NCBI RefSeq assembly: GCF_000734015.1
Contig: NZ_CP008796.1
Location: 1,470,001-1,502,000 of the forward strand
Reading direction: 5' to 3'
Source of the DNA: Thermodesulfobacterium commune DSM 2178
GTDB lineage: Bacteria > Desulfobacterota > Thermodesulfobacteria > Thermodesulfobacteriales > Thermodesulfobacteriaceae
DNA: 32,000 bases
In this document: positions 8,481 through 15,049 of the stretch, one piece after another
Layout: each line of letters begins with the position of its first letter
Numbering within the stretch: the stretch's first letter is position 1
Position numbers and translations under genes: made by a program
Notes under the pieces: generated by a model
Told to the model about the DNA's origin: nothing
The model's database searches: none
The model's input: only the letters and a program-made list of their open reading frames with translations

Positions 8481-9460
8481 AAATTTCCCCCCTGCATTTT
8501 TCTTTCATAAGCCTTAGTGATTTCAGAGAAGGTAAAAATCGACATAAATTCATATCCTCTTTCTTGTATCCTTTCTTTACCCCCTTCTTCTCGGTCAACC
8601 AACGCCATAACCTTTACTATCTTGATACCTTCCCTTTCCAAGACCTCTATAGCCTTTATTACAGACCCTCCGGTAGTAACCACATCTTCTACCAAAACAA
8701 CCTCCATACCAGGCGAAACATTTCCCTCTATTTGTTTAGAGGTTCCATATTTTTTAGGTTCCTTCCTGATCAAAAGCCCTTCTAAAGGATAGTCTTCTTC
8801 CTGTGCCTTAGAGAGGATGGCACAAACTATAGGGTCAGCCCCTATACTCATACCTGCAACTCCATCAACTCCAAGAAACCTTATTTCTTGCCAAAAGGCA
8901 CACCCTATTAACTCAAAGCTCTTAGAATAAAGGGTAACCTTCCTGCAGTCTAAATAATAAGGACTTTCTTTTCCGCTTGCTAAAACAAAAGGCTTATCTG
9001 GAGAATAAAGAAAGGCCCTTTCCAAAATAAATTCTAAAAGAGCATCCCTCTTGGCTTTTATACAGATTTCAATGACACTCTGCACTAAAGGATGAGCTTT
9101 CCCTAAAAACCTTCTTAGTTCCTTAAACGCTTTATCTTCAGAAGGAAGATTGTAATAAATCAAATTTTTAAGATGCTCGAAACTTTCTGGAGAAATATAA
9201 GTAAACTTTATACCAAAACCTTGCCCTGGAACTGTCCTAACAACTATTCCTTTGATAAAAATTTTTACTTCAGGGCTTAAAAACAATACCAATACTACTT
9301 CTTGATTCAGTTCAGGCCAAAAATCACTTTCTAAGAATACTCCTCCATAACTTATGTCTTTAATCTTTGCTGTGTAACTTCTGTTTCCTACCAGAAACTC
9401 CACATCTATTGGAATTGGAATGCGGGTAAATTGACGTTTTTCCATCAAAACCAACCCCAC
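8477..9460 (-). CDS. pyrE: PilZ domain fused to orotate phosphoribosyltransferase (PyrE)
   Basis: The N-terminus carries both c-di-GMP-binding PilZ motifs: RQFTR (RxxxR) and DISYGG (DxSxxG). The C-terminal ~200 aa is a complete OPRTase: FVLASGKESPYYLDCRK, IRKEPKKYGTSKQIEG, the PRPP loop VVLVEDVVTTGGS, and LVDREEGG. The likely true start is ATG at 9445 (MEKRQF), which overlaps the upstream TGA by 1 nt. The stop overlaps the pstS ATG (ATGA). Confidence 0.85.
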   Translation of the reverse strand: MGLVLMEKRQFTRIPIPIDVEFLVGNRSYTAKIKDISYGGVFLESDFWPELNQEVVLVLFLSPEVKIFIKGIVVRTVPGQGFGIKFTYISPESFEHLKNLIYYNLPSEDKAFKELRRFLGKAHPLVQSVIEICIKAKRDALLEFILERAFLYSPDKPFVLASGKESPYYLDCRKVTLYSKSFELIGCAFWQEIRFLGVDGVAGMSIGADPIVCAILSKAQEEDYPLEGLLIRKEPKKYGTSKQIEGNVSPGMEVVLVEDVVTTGGSVIKAIEVLEREGIKIVKVMALVDREEGGKERIQERGYEFMSIFTFSEITKAYERKMQGGNL

Positions 9461-9732
9461 CTATGTCTTTTTTTCTTACAAGGCTTACATTCACATTCGG
9501 GCTTAACTACTTTACCTAAAAGATCTACCACTATATTCTTAGCTATGTCAAAACTTATAACCACTCTGGACGTATCGTTTTTAAGTAAAAAATTCCTCCC
9601 CCAGACCCTTAACACCTCAAACACATCTCCTTTTCTTAATCCCATTGCCTCAATTTTTTTTATTATAGCATCTTCTCCTAAAAAATCCTCTATCTTTACC
9701 TTATCACCACATTTAGCCTCTACCAATAACAT
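9445..9732 (-). CDS. FeoA-domain protein with a Cys-rich basic C-terminal tail
   Basis: GDKVKIEDFLGEDAIIKKIEAMGLRKGDVFEVL is an SH3-like FeoA pattern. The tail is KPECECKPCKKKRHRWGWF. No feoB gene is nearby. Confidence 0.6.
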   Translation of the reverse strand: MLLVEAKCGDKVKIEDFLGEDAIIKKIEAMGLRKGDVFEVLRVWGRNFLLKNDTSRVVISFDIAKNIVVDLLGKVVKPECECKPCKKKRHRWGWF

Positions 9733-9750
9733 AAGAAAAAAATCCCTCCT

Positions 9751-10185
9751 CTATTCCTTATACCTACAACGACTACATACCCCGAAAATTTCAAGATGGT
9801 AGGTCAGAGGGGAAAAAGAAATCTTTTTCATTTCCTTTTGTAAAAGCTCCTCCAATTTATTTTCTACCAGCTCTTCTACCTGGTTACACTTTATACAGAT
9901 AAAATGTAAATGAGGCTTTTTTTTCAAGGTTACTTCATAATAAGAACGACCACTTTGTCTGTAAACTTCTTGAATATAACCCCCTTCTATCAAAAGAGGA
10001 ATGGTTCTGTAAACTGAGGCCTTAGAAATTTTATGCCCTTTATTCTTTAAACTAAGATAGATATCTTCCACATCAAAATGACCCGAACAACTTAACACTT
10101 CTTTAAATATCTCTTCTCTCTCTGGAGTATATTTTAATCCCTTAGACTTGATGAACCTACGAAAACTTTCCACCTCTTCTAACAT
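9751..10185 (-). CDS. Fur-family metalloregulator (Fur/Zur/PerR type not resolved)
   Basis: Winged-helix region ISKASVYRTIPLLIEGGYI, metal-site residues HLHFICIKCNQVEEL and a C-terminal CSRC pair. The 144-aa size is typical. Confidence 0.85.
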   Translation of the reverse strand: MLEEVESFRRFIKSKGLKYTPEREEIFKEVLSCSGHFDVEDIYLSLKNKGHKISKASVYRTIPLLIEGGYIQEVYRQSGRSYYEVTLKKKPHLHFICIKCNQVEELVENKLEELLQKEMKKISFSPLTYHLEIFGVCSRCRYKE

Positions 10186-10209
10186 GAAACAAACTCCATT
10201 TAGCTTATT

Positions 10210-10224
10210 TGATTTTCAAATTCA
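10210..10224. promoter_or_regulatory. Fur-type 7-1-7 inverted repeat (candidate autoregulatory operator)
   Basis: TGATTTT-c-AAATTCA has 6 of 7 arms complementary and is AT-rich like Fur/PerR/Zur boxes. It lies just downstream of the predicted -10 of the fur-operon promoter. Confidence 0.35.
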
Positions 10225-10234
10225 ATTAATTTAA

Positions 10235-10263
10235 ATAATACTTACTCAAATCTAAAATGTCAA
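10235..10263 (-). promoter_or_regulatory. Sigma70-type promoter of the fur-feoA-pilZ/pyrE-pstS operon
   Basis: On the minus strand: TTGACA (10263-10258), a 17-nt spacer, then TATTAT (10240-10235), about 50 nt upstream of the fur ATG. Confidence 0.5.
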
Positions 10264-10337
10264 GTGTTCGCATTAGATCATAAAAATGTCCTTGAAATAA
10301 GGGTTGTTAGACCAAAAATCTGCCCCTGAAATTAAAA

Positions 10338-10379
10338 TTTCCTCCCTGATACCTAAAATTTTAAGGCACAGGGAGGAAA
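10338..10379. repeat. Perfect 11-bp-stem hairpin / inverted repeat
   Basis: tttcctccctg (10338-10348) pairs with cagggaggaaa (10369-10379). The 20-nt loop is itself partly self-complementary (cctaaaa/ttttaagg). No flanking T-run, so it is not a classical terminator. Confidence 0.6.
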
Positions 10380-10433
10380 AGTTAGTTGAAAAATTAGCCT
10401 CTCAATACAACCAAGCTAAATCAAAAAAGTTAA

Positions 10434-11147
10434 AGTTTTAAATTCTATCACAATTTTGCAACCTCACTCAACTCTCAAGAGAAACCGCTAAAAACGCTTC
10501 CAAATACCATAATCCTCCACCAAGAACTCATTAAAATTTACTGGGAAATCCTTCTTTGTCCCTTTTCCGAAAGACTTCATCCTGTTCTCCTTCTCACCAT
10601 TGACTTCTTACTCAAAGAAGGACTTTTAAAATATTATTTTACTAATGTTATTAACAAAACTAAAACTATTTCCCTTGGAACTCTAAAAAGAATCCTTAGG
10701 AAATTTGAGAACTCAAGTCTTAAGAGAAAATATAAAGTTCAAGCCTTCATCTATCATAAAGTTTCGATTTTAGCTGATTTTGGAAAGTATGCTCAAGTGG
10801 AGTTAGGGTATAATGCGCATAGGGAGGAAAGAGGAGGGGATAAGGTTAGGAAGCTTGTAGGGTATTGGAGGTATGATACCGAGGATGAAGTTAATTTGGT
10901 GAACCAGATTTATGAGGTAGGAAAGAGCCCTTACCAGAGAATCATGGAGAGTTCATTAGTGCCCGAGGAAGTAAGAGAAGCTTTAAAGGAACATTATAAT
11001 AAGTTCTACCTGGTAGAATTAAAAAGGAAACTTGATGAATTGCTTACCCAATTATTCGGAGGTAAAATGAAGGGGAAATCTTTTTCAGGGACAGAAAAAT
11101 GATCTAACTAACCAACATTTCAAGGACATATATTTCTGATCTAACAC
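10434..11147 (+). pseudogene. Decayed transposase gene / IS remnant (copy B, the longest copy)
   Basis: The frame is open from 10434 to TGA at 11102 but has no ATG and only a GTG at 10797. The translation has an HTH-like piece (TISLGTLKRILRKF) joined directly to a C-terminal piece (WRYDTEDEVNLVNQIYE..KSPYQRIMESSLVPEEVREALKEHYNKFYLVELKRKLDEL). That C-terminal piece resembles the C-termini of DDE/integrase-core transposases as I recall them. At about 220 aa it is far too short, implying internal deletions. The 3' end is repeated at 3267..3354 and 14135..14274. Confidence 0.5.
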
Positions 11148-11189
11148 AGCTTGGCTAACTGATTGAGGTGAACAGAAGATATTCTAATG

Positions 11190-12383
11190 TTAAGGGATTA
11201 CGTCTGTAAGAAGGTTAAGGTAGCCATAGGGATAATAAAGGTTTTCTTCTGAGAGGTTGTGGGCCTTTAGGGCTTTTTTGACTTCAGGTAAAAAGGTTTG
11301 GGCCAGACTAACCAGATCTTTAATAAGAACACAGTATTGCATCGCTCTTTCAGGTGAGGTTTTAATAAGTACAGGGCATCTTCCACCACAGAAAAACTCT
11401 GCCTCACAGGTGTTACAGCCTAACCAGTCCTTATAAGAAACTAAGGATAAAAGTTTGTCCTGCAATTTTGATAAATCGAGATTTTTAATTTCATCTTTGC
11501 GAAAATCAGCTAAAATCAATTCTTCTCCCATGTCTACGCACGGGAGAATTTTCCCCGCAAGAACATCAAAACTTCTCATTTTTTCTACTCCACACCCAGT
11601 TTGGCCTCTTCTGATATCTTTTAATAAAAAGAAAAACAACTCAGCCAACGGTAGTACTGGAAGGATTTTTCCTTTAAAAAGCTCAGCCACAAATCTTTCA
11701 AAAAGATAAGTCAGGTCTTTTAAGTAACCTTCTCTAAAACCAGAGAAATCTCTTATAGGACAATCTTTTTCTATCAAATGCCAAAAGAAAAAGTCAACCA
11801 GCCCCCTTTGATAAAGGTTAAAAAACTCCTCTAAGCAGTCTCTAAAGCTCATTTCTTCTCTTAAGGTAGACCACATAAGGACTTTTGTGGGGCAGTGAGA
11901 TTTTAAAAACTCCAAACTTGCTTCAATCTGGTCTAATGAGGTCCCTTTCCTTACCCTTTCGTGCTGAACTTTTGTTCCATCGATAGAGATGATCAATAAT
12001 TCTAACTGGCTGAAAAACTCTGGGTCCTTTTCTACAGCTTTTCTAAGGAGATTTCCGTTAGTGTAAAGAAAAAACTTTAGGTTTTTCTGTGGATAATAAT
12101 TTTTTATTCTGTAAAAAATATCTTGGACTTTTTCAAAAACAAGAAGAGGTTCTCCTCCATAAAAGGCTATAAAGACAGGATTTCCGTTTGTTTGATCTAA
12201 TAGCCAGTTTATCGCCTGAAAGGTTTTTTCTGGATCTTCCTCCCAAGAAGAGGCAAAAGCCCTCCTTTCACCATAGATTAACCCGTTTAAACAGCCTTCA
12301 CAGCTTGCGTTGCATTTTCCAGTAACAGAAATGTGATAAATTGTAGGAAATGATTCTTTAAGAAAACTTTTTAATGTTATCAT
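11190..12383 (-). CDS. Radical SAM enzyme with a canonical SPASM domain (anSME / peptide-maturase-like), substrate unknown
   Basis: CNASCEGC (CX3CX2C) at residues 24-31 and FYGGEPLL. The C-terminal SPASM signature is CGVEKMRSFDVLAGKILPC (GX4C) followed by CNTCEAEFFCGGRC (CX2CX5CX3C) and a trailing Cys. Confidence 0.85.
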   Translation of the reverse strand: MITLKSFLKESFPTIYHISVTGKCNASCEGCLNGLIYGERRAFASSWEEDPEKTFQAINWLLDQTNGNPVFIAFYGGEPLLVFEKVQDIFYRIKNYYPQKNLKFFLYTNGNLLRKAVEKDPEFFSQLELLIISIDGTKVQHERVRKGTSLDQIEASLEFLKSHCPTKVLMWSTLREEMSFRDCLEEFFNLYQRGLVDFFFWHLIEKDCPIRDFSGFREGYLKDLTYLFERFVAELFKGKILPVLPLAELFFFLLKDIRRGQTGCGVEKMRSFDVLAGKILPCVDMGEELILADFRKDEIKNLDLSKLQDKLLSLVSYKDWLGCNTCEAEFFCGGRCPVLIKTSPERAMQYCVLIKDLVSLAQTFLPEVKKALKAHNLSEENLYYPYGYLNLLTDVIP

Positions 12384-12555
12384 AGTTAACGTTAAATAAC
12401 ATTATTTGTTATAATAAATAATCAATTTTCACAAAAAGTCAAGGTTTAAAAGGGGGGTGAGTGTAAAAAAGGGATGGGTCCTTTTAGTAGTTATGGGTAA
12501 AACTGGAGATAGAAATCTATTTTAGAAGCTCAAAATGGATATTAGTTAGACATCT

Positions 12556-13965
12556 TTAAGAGAGGGTTTTTGTATCAACTTTATCCAGGCCATTTATTTT
12601 TTGAGTTAATGATCTATCACCTTCTATAACCTTCTTTAGATCTAAATCTGCACCAAGCACCCCTATCAGTCTGTGTTTATCGTCGAAGATAGGACAGGAA
12701 ATGGTAAGACAATAAGAATTGGTGGCTAAGGAGACATAGATATCTGAAATATAGGTATCAAGGCTTTCCTTTACGTTTATAAACCATGGTCTACTTGACC
12801 AGTTTTCTCCATATCCTGTTGAACCATAGGCTGCTCTGAAATCCCAACGAGCAATGTTGTCTGTAATCTGGATGCCCTGGTCGTTTGTGATGTAAAGAAG
12901 TTCAAATATTTCATGTTGTTGTATCAATCTCTTTAGATAGTTTTCCATGGTAGGTCTATGCATAGACCTTAGCTCAAACGAAGAAGCAGCTTCTTGAATT
13001 ATTTCTTTTGCATAGTCGTAGAGGTCAACCCTGGCCTTTCCAACTGTTAAAATTTGCTCTTCTGATAAGGAGTGTAGCCTTTCTGAATAGGTTTTTAATG
13101 TTGAAGACGAATGAGTGGTTTTTTCGATAAGCTCAGAGAGTTTGGAGATGGTATTAGAAAGAGTAGCTGTGGTTCCGTCAAGGTTAGCTGAAACTTCACT
13201 TAGACTTTCTGCATTAAGATTTAATTCTTTAATAGGTTGATTAATTTCTTCTAACTTTTCTCGGTTTAAACAAACAAGGTTGTAGGTTCTTTGAACTTGA
13301 TGGTCTATGGCGCACATTTTTTCTTTTATTTTTTCTATGGTGCCAAAAACTTCTTTTGCTTTTATGGTAACATCTTTGGTAGCTTCTGTGGTTGCCTGGG
13401 CTAACTCTCTCACCTCTTGAGCTATTACCGCAAATCCCTTACCATTTTGTCCTGCTCTTACAGCTTCTATAGAAGCATTTAGAGCTAAAATTTTGGTTTT
13501 ATCAGCAATCTTGTTTATGGTTTTGGTAAGAGTGGATATAATCTCAACGGTATTATATATTTCTTTAGTGGCCTCAACAAGCTCATCTACAGCTTTTTTA
13601 ACAAAAAGCATGCTCTGTTCTGTATCTTTAAAACTTCTTTTTATGTGTTCCACGTTTTCATTAACTATACCCACCCTTTTTAAGTTTTCCATAGAGGAAA
13701 AAGAAATTTGGCTGGCTGTTTCTTTTAAAGAGTTAACTTCCTTTTTAATGCTTTTAATCTCAAGGTTAAGTTCTTTGGTAACTTCATTAAGAATTTCTGA
13801 TTCTTTATTGATTAAAGGCGCAAGTTCCACAAGGTTTAAGGCGTTTCTTATTATCTCTTTCATAAAATGATTGTTGTAAGACTTTTTCCCATTTTTGTTT
13901 AAATCTTTACCCATTCTCCAGCTAACTAAAAACTTAAACATCCTCATCTCCTTTGAACTCTTCAA
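12556..13965 (-). CDS. Soluble methyl-accepting chemotaxis protein with a C-terminal Cache/PAS-like sensor domain
   Basis: Signalling hairpin tip ADKTKILALNASIEAVRAGQNGKGFAVIAQEVRELA. No hydrophobic TM segment anywhere. The C-terminal ~140 aa (LYITNDQGIQI...NWSSRPWFINVKE...YISDIYVSLATNSYCLTISCPIFDDKHRLIGVLGADLDL) fits the Cache/PDC pattern. The start codon is uncertain (several Met in the first 40 aa). Confidence 0.8.
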   Translation of the reverse strand: MKSSKEMRMFKFLVSWRMGKDLNKNGKKSYNNHFMKEIIRNALNLVELAPLINKESEILNEVTKELNLEIKSIKKEVNSLKETASQISFSSMENLKRVGIVNENVEHIKRSFKDTEQSMLFVKKAVDELVEATKEIYNTVEIISTLTKTINKIADKTKILALNASIEAVRAGQNGKGFAVIAQEVRELAQATTEATKDVTIKAKEVFGTIEKIKEKMCAIDHQVQRTYNLVCLNREKLEEINQPIKELNLNAESLSEVSANLDGTTATLSNTISKLSELIEKTTHSSSTLKTYSERLHSLSEEQILTVGKARVDLYDYAKEIIQEAASSFELRSMHRPTMENYLKRLIQQHEIFELLYITNDQGIQITDNIARWDFRAAYGSTGYGENWSSRPWFINVKESLDTYISDIYVSLATNSYCLTISCPIFDDKHRLIGVLGADLDLKKVIEGDRSLTQKINGLDKVDTKTLS

Positions 13966-14134
13966 TCGATGGTCTTATAGTAGATATTCAAATTTAATGC
14001 CAGAAAAATGTTTTGATTTTTTGAAGATTTAAAGATGGCTTAACTGTAGATTTTTGTAAAATTTTGTAATTTTTTGATAATTTTTTGGGATACTTGAAAA
14101 ACAAGGTGAAGTAGGTGTGTTTATTTGGCTGACA

Positions 14135-14274
14135 GTAGGGGTAAGAAAGAGTTTTTGGCTAATACACTTTTAGCAGAGGATGATGGAGAGTTCAAGTGTG
14201 TCTTAGGAAGTGAAAAAGGTTTTAACGAAGCAGCATTAATGAAGCAGTAGACAGACAAGGTATTTTGATCTAAC
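14135..14274 (+). mobile_element. Copy C of the same IS remnant (stop-riddled, internally deleted)
   Basis: gtaggggtaagaaagag...gatgatggagagttcaagtgtgtcttaggaagtgaaaaaggttttaacgaagcagcattaatgaagc aligns with 10915-11010 of copy B (gtaggaaagagccc...aatcatggagagttcattagtgcccgaggaagtaagagaagctttaaaggaacattataataagttc). The end caaggtattttgatctaac matches caaggacatatatttctgatctaac at 11121-11145. It contains in-frame stops. Confidence 0.5.
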
Positions 14275-14281
14275 CCTGGGG

Positions 14282-15049
14282 TTAAACTGTGCTGCGGGTT
14301 AGGGCAAAATGTTTTTCTCTTTTTTTTCTTCTTTTTTCTACCTGTTTACTAAAAAACCAAAAGTCTTTTGGGATTAACCCTGAATAAAGGCTTGCATAAA
14401 CCTCCCAAATGCGTTTTGTTGCCCCTTTCATACCACTCCATTCTAAAGTCATAGCAAGGGCTGATAGGTCTTTTAGACGGAGCTTTTTATCGAGTGGGGT
14501 TTTATACACCCTTACCCCGTCAAGGTCAAAAATCTTAAACCCTTCCTCATTTGTATGATAGAAATTATTAAACTTAGTATCTTTTATAAAAACACCCTTT
14601 TGATGAAGACCAAACAAAAACCTGACCAAATCTTCTAAAAGTCCTTCTCTTCCTAAGAAGTCCTTAAAACCTAAAAAGCCTTTTGGAAGGTAGGGGAAAA
14701 CAATTCCTCCGTAAAAGGTCTCTTTTTTAAGAAACGCAACCTGAGGACTTTTCCAAAACAAAAACAACGGTTCGACTATAGGGACCTCTAATTTTTTAAA
14801 GGATTTTACTACCTCTAAATAACTTTTTACCCTGTTTTTTTTAAAAAACCTGGGGATAAACGCCTTAAGAAAAAAGTCTATTTTTCCGGAAGATTCCAAA
14901 GATATCAAAAAGTTTAGATGAGACGGAGTAATTTTATTAGGTTTAGCCAAAAAGGGGGCTGTTTTAAGCTGATTAAAAACCCCTTTAGCTTCTTCAGAAA
15001 AAAAGTAAAACCTAAAACTATTCCAGTTGGGAAATAAGGCAGTCCACAT
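14282..15049 (-). CDS. Lipopolysaccharide kinase (Kdo/WaaP/InaA) family protein
   Basis: Kinase-like core LHQKGVFIKDTKFNNFYHTNEEGFKIFDLDGV (catalytic-loop and DxD-like region of PF06293-type kinases) in an LPS-core glycosyltransferase cluster. The start overlaps the upstream GT4 stop by 32 nt. Confidence 0.6.
   Translation of the reverse strand: MWTALFPNWNSFRFYFFSEEAKGVFNQLKTAPFLAKPNKITPSHLNFLISLESSGKIDFFLKAFIPRFFKKNRVKSYLEVVKSFKKLEVPIVEPLFLFWKSPQVAFLKKETFYGGIVFPYLPKGFLGFKDFLGREGLLEDLVRFLFGLHQKGVFIKDTKFNNFYHTNEEGFKIFDLDGVRVYKTPLDKKLRLKDLSALAMTLEWSGMKGATKRIWEVYASLYSGLIPKDFWFFSKQVEKRRKKREKHFALTRSTV

Noticed and set aside
8413-9802. ORFs 8413..8598 (-), 8517..8792 (+), 8564..8785 (+) and 9431..9802 (+)
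   Set aside because: All overlap the strongly supported pstS, PilZ-PyrE, feoA-like or fur genes, either antisense or out of frame. Their S/T/P/F/L-rich translations are characteristic of antisense frames.
12455-12490. A weak hairpin plus T-run on the minus strand downstream of the MCP gene (aaaagga-ccca-tccctttttt) as an intrinsic terminator
   Set aside because: The stem has only about 3 G-C pairs and a bulge. It is too weak to call without folding energetics.
11455-13870. ORFs 11455..11709 (+) and 13493..13870 (+)
   Set aside because: They are antisense to the SPASM rSAM and MCP genes. The MCP antisense frame is the usual open mirror of a coiled-coil gene.
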